Assembly (NCBI GenBank): GCA_002269645.1 | Contig: NIVC01002300.1 | Span: forward strand, 62,001-126,000 | Direction: 5' to 3' | DNA from: Macrostomum lignano | Lineage: Eukaryota | DNA length: 64,000 nt | In this document: piece by piece, positions 1 through 11,909 of the stretch | Position numbering within the stretch: the stretch's first letter is position 1 | Layout of the letters: every line of letters begins with the position of its first letter | The notes under the pieces: model-generated | Told to the model about the DNA's origin: nothing | Seen by the model: the letters and a program-made list of their open reading frames with translations, nothing else | Databases searched by the model: none | Position numbers and translations under genes: made by a program

Positions 1-800
1 GTGGTGCACACGTACAGTAGCTTCTGGCTGATGCTCTTACGTGCCAGCGGCCCAACCCCCCATTATTTCAAGTGCAAGTCATTAATTTGGGTCTAAATTG
101 GGATTTCTACAGAACAACCTCCCTCCTAGGCACAGTGATCAGGTTTATACGCCTAAACGATAATAAATGTAAATTCGTATAGCTTTTAATTATCGCCCAC
201 CATACTTTCTTATACGTGTAGCCTTAGACTGAAAATAAAACTATTTTCAAAATTATGCCGTTTCGTAAAGTAATTGACTCACGGGATCGAATTGGATCGG
301 TCTTGAAATCTAGACGGGTCTCTCGGAATCCTACAATTGGTTTACAATTGCTCGAATTGCTGACGTTTAACCCCCCACCAAAAGCCAAAATGGGTTAGTG
401 AGGTACTACAGTAGGTTCTTCCAAAAGAAAATGTAATTAATGCATATAAAAGAATCACATGTGCATGTCGGCTAACACTGAATGAACTATCAAATTGAGT
501 CGCAGTAAGTCTCGTTGTAATGTACACTTCACCAACACACGCAGCGGCTGTTAATAAAACTAAAAATGCTCATGCTTTTACGAATAATGCATGGTACTGT
601 ATATAACCACGCAGTCCATAAAAATCTACCGTAAAACTTCAATACAAAGTCAATGTGCGCTTAAGAGCCTTACTATGGTTTTTAAGTAAAAACACTACTG
701 AATATTGTAAATGCACCTGTTGATCAAACAAAACAACGCACTGTGAAACCTAAATTCACGAAATGATAACTCAAATATTTCTCCATCACCAAAAGCGCAG

Positions 801-1105
801 CTAATCGGACACTGAGTAGACAGAATTGATTCCCTCGCCCCCGCATTTCTGGTTCATATCCCCGGGACAGGGAGTGCTGCACATAAAGTGTGCCGCTTTC
901 CCGTAGCGCCCAAAAGTGCTGCCGCACCAGCAGGTGTTCCCTTGCAAGCCGAAGAAGCCAAAGTTTTGTGCCTTGCAGGACTTGTCGCACAGGTCCGCGG
1001 TCAGGTCTTCGCTTGTGCCGCCCATGATGGGCAGATCTCTGTCCAGCCCATTGTCACTGTAGCAGCCTCGGAACTGCGGAGTGGGCACTTCTACTTTCTT
1101 CTTGC
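801..1105 (-). CDS. Terminal exon of a WSC-domain (carbohydrate-binding) protein gene; upstream exons not located
   Basis: Reads FRGCYSD...LTADLCDKSC...FFGLQGNTCWCG...CSTPCPGDMNQKCGG...SVY, the WSC cysteine pattern. Acceptor tcaatatag|GC at 1106/1105, stop TAG at 801-803, and an in-frame stop upstream of the acceptor, so it is not a single-exon gene. Confidence 0.85.
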
Positions 1106-2394
1106 CTATATTGATGAAGTTTGAAGCGTGTTATTCGAAAGCCTCATTCTGCACACGGAACTACTCAAGTAGGACTGGAAACTACACGTTTCTAGGAATT
1201 TTAAGGAAGCAGGTTTTACCGAAAAATACATTGTTTTCATTGTTTCAGTAAAAGTTGTTAATTGCTTCTGATACAGAATGATATGCTAGATTCATAAAAC
1301 CAATGAGTCGAGCTAGCTGTGCCACTTTTATGATTTTTAGGCGCAGGACATGTGCGATGGTTTGTAGGATATGAGCAATATAAGAATTGAATTTCAAACA
1401 TTTCAAAAGATACAAATATTGCTGGATCAGCCTCCTACCTATCAAAAGCAATAAAAGATTTTGTGCTGAAAGAAAACTCCATTCTCCGCAATGTATTTTT
1501 CGGCTATACCTTGCCTCCTAAAAAATTCCAAGAAACGTCACAGTTTATCGTCCTGCACTCTGAATAGAATAAAACTTTATAAAGCACGCATTAACAAAGC
1601 AACTTACACGCATAGGCTAGACAAAAAATGGTTGTCAGTAGAAATACCAAAAATGAAATTCGAGCATCGAGTCCATGCATAGTAGTAGTACAAAGAAATT
1701 GTAATAAATTGTAGATCGACCGCTCGCGAGTGCAACTAACTCTTGAAGGGATTTGACAGCATTATGATAGTCTACAAAAGAGGACTGCATCAAATCTCAA
1801 TTGCCACAGACAAAACATCTTTGTATAGAAGCAAAAGCTAAAAATAGAAAACTTTGCACTAAAGCGTACAACCGACGATAAAAAGCCAATGAAAGACTAA
1901 ATTGAAAAACTGATAGAAACGCTATTTAAGTGTTAATTTAACGTTACTGAAATTCTGCATTGACATTCCCAGCGCATTCGAAGTTAGAGATTCAATTGTG
2001 AAGAAATCTGTTGTTGCGAGACGTTGAGCAGCTGAAACAAAAGACAAACAATGAAGCATTAGGATTTTGGCCATATTTTCAAACTCGTATTGCTAACAGT
2101 TCAGACAAGTAGCGATGACAAGCAAAAATTTGTCTTATCGATATTGTCTTATCGATGGCTTTGTACCTGCAGTTGCTGCATTATGGATGGCCCTGACTTA
2201 ATGTCATGGATTTAGATAAAGACAAAGCCTGTGTACTACAGTGATTGGTGTAATAAAAGGCATGTGTTTACATCACTGCGAAAAATGTGGACTTTACGGC
2301 TGATATAAAATAAAAGTATATGTTTAAAAAATCAATGTGCTGCATACAATTAATTAGGTGGATCCAAAGCTATGTCTAAAGATATAGGAGTGCC

Positions 2395-3445
2395 CCCAAA
2401 AGACACGGGCGCCCACCAAGAGACAGGGGCGTCCACCAAGAGACAGGGGCGTCCACCAAGAGACAGGGGCGCCCACCAAGAGACAGGGGTGAACACCAAG
2501 AGACAGGGGTCACCCATCAAGAGACAGGGGCGAACATCAAGAGACAGGGGTCACCCATCAAGAGACAGGGGCGAACACCAAGAGACAGGGGCGAACACCA
2601 AGAGACAGGGGCGAACACCAAGAGACAGGGGCGAACACCAAGAGACAGGGGTCACCCATCAAGAGACAGGGGCGAACACCAAGAGACAGGGGTCACCCAC
2701 CAAGAGACAGGGGTCACCCATCAAGAGACAGGGGCGAACACCAAGAGACAGGGGCGAACACTAAGAGACAGGGGTCACCCACCAAGAGACAGGGGCGCCC
2801 ACTAAGAGACAGGGGCGCCCACCAAGAGACAGGGGCGTCCACCAAGAGACAGGGGTCACCCATCAAGAGATAGGGGCGAACACCAAGAGACAGGGGTCAC
2901 CCATCAAGAGACAGGGGCGAACACCAAGAGACAGGGGTTACCCATCAAGAGACAGGGGCGAACACCAAGAGACAGGGGTCACCCATCAAGAGACAGGGGC
3001 GAACACCAAGAGACAGGGGTTACCCATCAAGAGACAGGGGCGAACACCAAGAGACAGGGGTCACCCATCAAGAGACGGGCGAACACCAAGAGACAGGGGT
3101 CACCCATCAAGAGACAGGGGCGAACACCAAGAGACAGGGGTCACCCATCAAGAGACAGGGGCGAACACCAAGAGACAGGGGTCACCCATCAAGAGACGGG
3201 CGAACACCAAGAGACAGGGGTCACCCATCAAGAGACAGGGGCGAACACCAAGAGACAGGGGTTACCCATCAAGAGACAGGGGCGAACACCAAGAGACAGG
3301 GGTCACCCATCAAGAGACAGGGGCGAACACCAAGAGACAGGGGTCACCCATCAAGAGACAGGGGCGAACACCAAGAGACAGGGGTCACCCATCAAGAGAC
3401 AGGGGCGAACACCAAGAGACAGGGGTCACCCATCAAGAGACAGGG
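2395..3445. repeat. Minisatellite of alternating 20/21-bp units (CACCAAGAGACAGGGGCGAA / CACCCATCAAGAGACAGGGGT)
   Basis: Directly visible tandem array of about 50 units. ORF 2372-2764 is a translation of the repeat. Confidence 0.97.
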
Positions 3446-4367
3446 AGCGCGGCCCACCAAGTGCCATCAAGACAGCTCAGGTCGTCATTAAGACTACCGG
3501 ATACTGTAGATAACTCTAATTGGAGTTTACTATTAAATATAATATGCCTTCTAGCAGGCTTTCGGTAGGGTCTGCAAGAATCAAAATCGACTTAACAGAC
3601 TTAACTTAACTGTCGTCTTAACAGACTAAAGCCAGAAGTGCGGCATATCACTTAGAATATATGCTTAAGCAACTATAAAGTCCATATTACTTAACAAGAA
3701 TTTCACTAATTTATTAAACTAAGCCATTCAGAATAAGACTTGGACTTGGACTTAAAGACTTTTCAGACTAAGATTTCACAGGATACAAATCTGTCAGGAT
3801 TTAAGGCAATAAAATAAATTAAAAGAGATACAATACAGATGGCACAAATGAACGAAGTTAACATTTTAATTGGAAATAAACAAAAGTAAAAAAAAGTTTT
3901 TCTGACTTACCAAACATGAAACTTTAGGATGAAGTTGGCCGTTTCGATAGTACAAACATAAATAATATTCGATCTTATTAAGATATATCTAAGACAAGAC
4001 AATAAACACATTAATTACGTTAATCATTCATTGAAATTTCTACAGCAAGAATCCAGTCATGACTGGACTTATGAATTAATCCTTCCTGCCATCTCGGACA
4101 ACGTTAGAATCATGTATGTCAGTGTCATTTTGTGTTGTGAAATTTCCACTGGCCCGTAAAAGGGCCGTTTTAACCATGGAGTTCTAATAATATAAAACGT
4201 TGAGCAGCCTACTAACTAGCAGAGGCAGTAGAGTAGAACGCATGTGAATATGCGAGGCAGTGGTGTGAGTGGAGAGAAGGGCCATTTTTTGCGCCATGTT
4301 TGACAAAGTGAATTACCTGGGCTAATTTTATGTATATTATTATCCAATCTTCAGCCTAATGTCTGTA

Positions 4368-4748
4368 CCCTCCTGTCTTGATTCTCCTGTCTTGATTCTC
4401 CTGTCTTGACCCTCCTGTCTTGATTCTCCTGTCTTGACCCTCCTGTCTTGATTCTCCTGTCTTGACCCTCCTGTCTTGATTCTCCTGTCTTGACCCTCCT
4501 GTCTTGATTCTCCTGTCTTGACCCTCCTGTCTTGATTCTCCTGTCTTGACCCTCCTGTCTTGATTCTCCTGTCTTGACCCTCCTGTCTTGATTCTCCTGT
4601 CTTGACCCTCCTGTCTTGATCCTCCTGTCTTGATCCTCCTGTCTTGATCCTTCTTGACCCTCCTGTCTTGATCCTCCTGTCTTGATTCTCCTGTCTTGAT
4701 TCTCTTGTCTTGATCCTCCTGTCTTGATTCTCCTGTCTTGATCCCCCT
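4368..4748. repeat. 14-bp minisatellite (CTCCTGTCTTGA[TT/CC]), largely a 28-bp dimer
   Basis: Directly visible. ORFs 4340-4808 are repeat translations. Confidence 0.97.
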
Positions 4749-5265
4749 GCCTGCACTCTCCAACTTTTTGTCTGTTTCATTACCGTTACAGTTTACACAA
4801 AGAAACAAACCAGTGTATAATATTTCGCGCCATAGATTACCAAGAAATTTGCGCCTAACTCACGCCACTGATGCGAGGCTATTGATGTGTTTGCTGAGCT
4901 CAAGTGGCACGAGTGACAAGTTTAAAATATGAGTACACATAGCAAGTAACCTTAGACACAAACGTACTTAAAACTCACTTAGTATTTGCAATGAATAAAT
5001 ATTCTTATCATTCCAGGGGTGTGTGAGTCACGAGATTTAAGATAGAAAAGCAGATTCAACCACTTAAGTTCCTGCATAATCATAAAGTACAGCTGCCTAA
5101 CACCATGCAATTACCTTTACTGTGCTGCAATACAAATATTAATACAAATAGCCGATGCAAATCTGTGGCTGTTTATGCAACGCACCATTTAAGCATCTGC
5201 CATCCCCTGCTCCCTAAAATACTTACTGAATCCATCTTTACCAACATCTTTTTAGTCATACAATT

Positions 5266-5476
5266 GGGGATAGTAAGCCTAGCGGTTAGAGCGTCGTACT
5301 AACGACTGAAAGGTCAGGGATTCGATTCTCCACCCACTCAGAATAAATCACATCCTTGAGCAAGACACTTAACTCTGCATTGCTTCAGTTCACTTAACTG
5401 TAAAATGGGTGCCAGCATTAGCTGGGGTAATTGAGGATGCGTATGGCGACCCCCCAGCCCTTGGACTGAACAGCCG
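5266..5476 (+). mobile_element. tRNA-derived CORE-type SINE, copy 1
   Basis: A-box-like TAGCGGTTAGAG and B-box-like GGATTCGATTC, then CCTTGAGCAAGACACTTAACTCTGCATTGCTTCAGTTCACTTAACTGTAAAATGGG, which resembles the MIR/CORE domain as remembered. A second copy lies at 18941-19144. Confidence 0.75.
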
Positions 5477-7623
5477 TACACAAGTCCGCACAAAACATAT
5501 GCGGCTGAGCTGGCGGTTGTACAGCTTAGATAAACAAATTACCTTTTTAAAAATAAAGTAATATTTACTTCCAATCCTAAATTTGAAGAAACTTTAAAGG
5601 CTTTTTCCGTCAGCCAGCTAGTATCTTGCTAAGTACAATAGCGAGAGTATCTTGGACCGTTAAGCCATCCGGATACCAACTCAACCGCTATCCAGATCCA
5701 CAGCTAGATTTTTATTATCATCATTAAACACGCACACCAATGGTTTTGGTTTTTATATTTTAAATATTGTAAAGTATGAGACGACCTAATTAATATAACG
5801 AAAGAAAAAATAGACACAAAAGGTAGTGAATAAAAATACTTTTGATGTAACGGGAGTTTAAAAATCACGTATGCAACATAATATTAAAGCTTATTTATTA
5901 AGCCTCAAAGCAGTTGCATTCTAGCTGGCGTCATGTCTAAGGGATTTTGCTAGAATTTCCATTATGTCTCTATCATAAAGACTTGAGTCCATATGCAAAA
6001 TAGAAACTTTAACTGAGATTTCCTGTTTAAACTTATCACAGGGAGCACAATTCTCGAAAGCGATTGAATTGGGGTTGGAAATTTGTAGGACAAACTTGCA
6101 ACTTTATCAGCTATTTTTTCTACTACGAGATAGCAATCAAGGTGAAACAGAAATTTTCCAGTTTAAATGTATTCATATTATCAACCAATCAATGGGCTCC
6201 AAAGCTGAGGACACGACCCCAGCCTCAGCCAATGAGAAATGCCTTATAAACCACTGTTGAAATCAAGCAAGAAACTCGCGCATTTCTTCGACCCCGCTGT
6301 GCTTTTGTCTTAGCTCACTCCTCGCTAATCTTTTGACTCGAATAGATTTAACAAACTGATCCATTGAGCTTTGAAGAACAACCAATCCCCTCCTTATAAC
6401 AGATTGAAGTGTCAGTCTTCCTGAACAACAGAACCTTGTTACAAACTTGGAACAGTTGGTCGAATCTGCAGCCTCAGTTATTTAGCTCTCACACTCAAAG
6501 TTGAAGTTATTATAGAGCCATACCATAATAGTGAGTGTCCAGAAGACCAAGGACACCAACATAGTAAAGTAGTTTAAAGGAGGAAAGAAAATAGTTGTCC
6601 CTGCTTTACTTGACTTGAATTCGCTCTTTCGCCACATGTTTATTGAAAACAAGCGAAACCAAACCTACAAGCCCAACTGCATGTCAACAAAATTGCAGCG
6701 ACCAGAACATCAGGAGTGACATTGGCAACACAGTTAGCTGGAGAAATTTACGCAGACGTGGTGGATTTAACGACTGTCCAGAATACAAGGAAGCCACCGC
6801 GACATTCAGATCACTGGCTGTCAATGTACACGGTATTAATTGAATCTGTGAACGCGATGCTGACCTTATGATTCCTGAATCTGTTGAAGCAACTCAGAAG
6901 CAATTCCAGCTACCTCAGAAGCAACAATATCAACATTAAAAATACGCTCGTAGAAGCAACAGTACAATCACTTGAAATCTCATTAAAGCCAGCTGCTTCA
7001 GATGACGAGTACCTTTTTTCAAAATTAACATGACGAATTATGACATGGATTTGCGTTATGAACTTTGTATTTCCTACTCTATATAATACTTTATACAATA
7101 CATCTGTTGCTTTGTTGCTGCACATAATTAAACTATCGATCTGCTACATGCCTTTATACGAGTATAATCTTTAAAGTTAAGTCCATCTTTGTTACCTCTT
7201 AAATACATGTATACTGTAATTTAATACAGACAACTAGTTGAGTCTTTATCTACATCAATTCGCAAATGTTTCTTACTAACTATTTTTTCACCAGAAGAAT
7301 AGGCTCAGCAGGACTCAGCAGGCTTTTTCACCAGGAAGAGGTCGGTATGTGATTAAGTGAAATAACGACCGAAAAATCCATAGAATATCTTATTTAATTT
7401 AAACTATTTTAATTTTGCGGGATGTATTCAGATAAAACCCGGAGCCATACTTGTATGTCTATGGTTGAAGTTGGGGATGGGGGTGTGGGGGCGAAGCCCC
7501 ACATTCTTACCATAGACAAAATTTCATTAAGAAATTTCTCGAGTCACGAAGGAAGAGAAGAGAGAAGCTCGCTTATTTAGATACATACAATAATCCTTGC
7601 AATATGTCCGGGAAAGTGATCGA

Positions 7624-9254
7624 TTAACCAGTAGCACACTGAGCTTTTTTCCGCACACAGTCACTATTGACGGATGGCATGCCACGCGTACCATGGGGCT
7701 TCAATCTCTTTCCCACTGCCACAGAGCACTGTGTCAATTTACGGCTCAAGAAATTCCCATAGACTACTGACTGGCTTACTTAACTATTGAGTTCCAACTG
7801 TCCTAAAATTTGCGCTTGACTGATACTACAGTTTATTTTAAAACTGTCTATGGTAAAAACAGTCCAGAATCATGCAGTAAATTTTTACTGATATCACAAT
7901 CTTGTCCAACTTTACTGTATAATTAATTAAACTTACGCGAGACTCAAAATCATGGCTAACAACATTGATGATGCTGCAATTGCAATTATGGAAGGTTCTG
8001 TTTTCACCAGCGACGGCAGCGACAGCGAATATATAAGTGTCGATGAAGAGTTGCTGGACGAGGAAGATGGTGAGAGTAATGGTGAAGTAGCTGAGCATGG
8101 AGTCGAGTTCGCCAACGAGAATGAATGGACAACTGCTCAAGATGGTGAAGATTCGCGTCTCAGCGATCTGCCCGAATTCCTCGCTGTGCCTGGCCTGAAC
8201 CCAGACATCCAAGCACAAGCTCCTGAAGGTAAAATGGCCCAGGTGCAATTCTATCTGCAGCACTTTCTCACCGCTGATCTGGTGTCTGCCATTCGCATCT
8301 GGACCAACGCCCGAGCTGACATGGAGCTTCAACATTTGACAGCTGAAGATCAGGACGGAGCTCTTCCCAATTTGCTATCAACTTGGAGACCGTGTACCGA
8401 CAATGAGGTGAAGAAGTCACTAGCGGAGCGGAGGAGTCAGTTTTAAAACCGAATTCGGTGCTGCAGTACAATAAGTACATGGGAGGCGTTGATCGCCTTG
8501 ATGCAGCACTGCAGCCTTACAGTGCGGGGAGAAGAACATACAGATGGCACCAGAAGCTCGGGTTCCACATTTTGCTGCAGTTGGTCCGCAATGCCTGGAT
8601 CTGCAATTGCCAAGGAGGAAGAGATATCAAATTCGTTGAATTTTTGGAAGCTGCGATCCGTACTCTCATGGAGCAGACAGGCCGGGGCAAACGTCTGAAT
8701 ACATCGAAGCGCAGGGCCGTCTCACAGCACGCGCCATCGAAGCTGCCGCCGACAGATGCCAATGCGAGGCCGACAAAGCGATGCAGAGTCTGCTACAGCA
8801 ATGGTGTGGCCAAAAGAACGGTGTTCGTATGCGCTGGTTGCCCAGGAGAGCCCGGGCTGTGTGCTGTCCCATGCTTTCAGAATTGGCACACTGCAGCAGC
8901 ACAGTAGTTGCACTGGTGGTACGGTGCAAAACTTAATTACGTTCAGAATACGAAATTCAAAACGCTCCTCCTAAATGCCTCATCGATGTTTTAAATATTG
9001 TTTACCTAATTGTTTTTTGTTCTGTTGTTGTCCTTCTTTAAATTTTTTGTTACCTATCCTGTACTTGCAGTCAAATATAGTTAAAAAATTGCGAAAAAAT
9101 AACATGGTACGCACAGCATGCCATCCGTGACTTATGGGGATGTCGAAAAGTCATATTTATGCTAAACCATCTGGGCCATAGACACGTATTCTCAGTGTAT
9201 GGTTAAATGAGACCCATGGCACGCCTGGCGTGCCATCAGTGTTGCCGGGGTTAA
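7624..9254 (+). mobile_element. Internally deleted piggyBac (PGBD4-like) DNA transposon
   Basis: TTAA at 7624 and 9251. Right end is ...GTGCCATCAGTGTTGCCGGGG-TTAA. Subterminal inverted repeat 7670-7695 vs 9103-9128 (ACGGATGGCATGC...GCGTACCATG). Transposase pieces lie inside. The left terminus is degenerate. Confidence 0.8.
7952..8907 (+). pseudogene. piggyBac transposase N-terminus (7952-8446) and C-terminus (8458-8907), central DDD core missing
   Basis: Acidic N-terminus ending TWRPCTDNEVKK. C-terminal YNKYMGGVDRLD (third catalytic Asp region), RWHQKLGFHIL, and Cys-rich domain CRVC...CAGCPGEPGLCAVPCFQNWH. Confidence 0.88.
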
Positions 9255-10530
9255 ATCCCGCAAAATAAAATCTGTCAATAACCCCCCTGAAAGTGAGGTT
9301 TAAAGTGGTTTAAAAATCATTTAAAAAGTCATTAAACCATACCGACCTCAAACCCATAGAATATCTTATACGTATATGGCCGTCAGAATGATTGACAAGT
9401 TCGAATTCGTTTTAGCCATAGGCAAATTAATAAACGGGAGGTATGGTACATGTACTTTCCCCCAACTTAGCCCAGTATTTCTGATAGACGTAACAATCAG
9501 ACAATAATTTTAAGCAGTTTAATTAAATCGCTTGTGCTCGAAGTATAAAATTTGCATGATTTGATTTGATAATTACGGACAGAACACTACGGAGACATCC
9601 ACAAGACCTCGCTTCGTTTTTACGTTAGAACATGAACTCATGGAACTGTTGTCAATGGCTGTGTGCTAGAAGCTACTAAAAAGAAAGCTGCTTGGATAAT
9701 CAACAAGTTCACGGAATGCCACAAGGAGAAGAGACAGTGGGCGTCTAGTAATCAACGTGGACTGATGGTGCTTAAAGAGCTGCATGATGAGCAAATCGGA
9801 TATAAAACGTTCTGTTGTTGGTCTTGCTGTCACTACTCTAGTGCTGTATGACTAGGTCAATAGTCTACGGTTCAGATCGCTGTTATGTTAAAATAACTCT
9901 TTTCTGTTTTAACACCAGACCATAGACTTAGTTGACCAGGACAAGTGAGAATACATTTTCAGGCTCGGGAGACAGAGATTTGCGTTTACGCACGAATTCG
10001 AATCCAGCAAGAATTTAGTATGTACTATGAGAGTCTGTGAACATTACTTTGGATTGCACAATCCATTGCAAATAAATTTCTGCTTCTGCTACAATACAAG
10101 CCTGACAATGTCGTATAATTGTGCCAAAACGCGTCAAAGCAATTAAATAAATGCTGATGATTACATGTATAACTCAATTTACTGTTTCATTTCATAGTGC
10201 ATTCACTGAATTTAGACCATTGCTGTGGCGCTGTCATGCTATGGCTAAGGAATGTACAGCTTTCTCATTGATAAACATGCTAGTTGATTACGATATAGTT
10301 AGTGAACAGGGTGCCACTGCTCAAGTGAAGATGGAAAATTTCTATGACCAAATACATATAGCATTATGATGCAGAAAATTTTTCGTAAGTCGTGCAATCT
10401 TTAGACTCAGTCTATATCCGCGTTTCTAAATTACATCCACACTTATGGCTTGGCCATAGAACTCTATGGACCCTTCCGTTTTGCATGCCCACTGTTTCGC
10501 ATGGCATGACAAAAGCTATATTTTAATTAA

Positions 10531-10990
10531 GTATTGGTTTTGTCAGCCCAACTGAGAATAAAGCCATCCAAAGTGAGAATCCTGCCTACGCTGACTGCGA
10601 AGGGCCTGGCTGCGTGCAGCCTTAGTCTATGGGCCATAGACTATAAAGGATAAGCAAAGTGATAAAAAGCCATCCAAAGTGAGAATCCTGCCTACGCTGA
10701 ATACGAAGGGCCTAGCTGCGTCCAGCCTAGTCTATGAGCCATAGACTATAAAGGATAAGCTAGGATTGGCTAGTCATATGGCTCAGAAGCTCAGAAGGTA
10801 TAAAAATAAAAGAATACGACGCATAGACCAATCGATTCTCACATTGGATGGCTTTTTATCACTTTGCTTGTCCTTTATTGTCTATGGCCCATAGACTAAG
10901 GCTGCACGCAGCCAGGCCCTTCGCAGTCAGCGTAGGCAGGATTCTCATTTTGGGTGGCTTTATTCTCAGTTAGGCTGACAAAAGCAATAC
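10531..10990. mobile_element. Foldback-like MITE with ~160-bp inverted arms, flanked by TTAA
   Basis: 10531-~10690 is the reverse complement of ~10833-10990 with few mismatches. TTAA at 10527-10530 and 10991-10994. Contains an internal ~105-bp direct duplication. Confidence 0.85.
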
Positions 10991-11909
10991 TTAAGTGTCT
11001 ATTAAATACTTACTGAAATTATCCTTTAGTCATCGGCACAAACGGAAGTTGATCAACAAGGAATATTTCAAAGGATACATTTTTTGCATAACTGTGCTGC
11101 TTATAAATATCCAAATACATAGAAAAATTGACATTTAATTTATCTTCCAATGTTCGGTTCGATATCATAGTACATCAGTTCTGGCTACTTTTTCTTAAAT
11201 AAATTAAGTGTTCCAATACATTTTCCAGCCAACATAAAGTGAATGCCATTGGGATGGTATATAATTAATTCATAGGGAAATGCACAGCCCTGCCCCGACG
11301 CAATTCAGGCAATACTACCTAGACAAGTAGCAAGATTAGCAATAATTGGAGGAGTTGAAGCTTCAATTAGTTCGGAATTTGTAAACCTGAACCTGACACA
11401 AGAATTTATTTTGGACGACTTTAACGACCTAAAACGCCGACTTCAAAGTTCAAACCCGCGTTGTGTAAAATAAAAAAATTCTGAGCTGAATCTAACAAAT
11501 AAAAAACAAAACTTAAAGATGGGCTAGAATCGGCGGCCATTATTTCACGACAAAATTTGTTGTTTTTTTCATTAAGGTCACATTAAAGAAGGTACGGCAT
11601 GACATTTATTAAAACGTCCGGCTTGAGTTGTTATGAAATTTGCAATACATATAGATAAGTATTGCAACAAGGACACCTATCAACAAGTTCGCATTCTTAT
11701 TCAATTAACTAACTGTTTGCTTCGGGTAAGCAGTATATAATATTATACGAACATTTTTGTCCTTTTTAATAACACAACAACAATCCTACAATAACTGAAC
11801 AGCACTTGATACAATGACGAGATATAAAAAGCTTAAATTGTTAAAAAAATAAAAAGATGACATTGAACCAGTCTTAGACCTACAGCAGTCTAAAATTTGT
11901 CCGCCTAAC

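Noticed and set aside
2395-3445. CRISPR-like appearance of regularly spaced repeats (also 22.4, 23.9, 47.1 and 63.1 kb)
   Set aside because: There are no unique spacers and no cas genes, and the context is eukaryotic.
2372-4808. Repetitive ORFs (130-150 aa) over the first two arrays
   Set aside because: They are translations of tandem repeats that happen to lack stops, with no splice or domain support.
5266-5340. Possible tRNA gene (also the heads at ~19075-19144 and ~19895-19968)
   Set aside because: No complete cloverleaf, and each continues into a repeated SINE body.
6620-7125. Short ORFs, including a hydrophobic C-terminus at 6910-7125
   Set aside because: No recognisable domain, and they could not be linked in phase to the WSC exon.
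9663-10369. Two short plus-strand ORFs that might be transposase debris
   Set aside because: No diagnostic motif could be identified.
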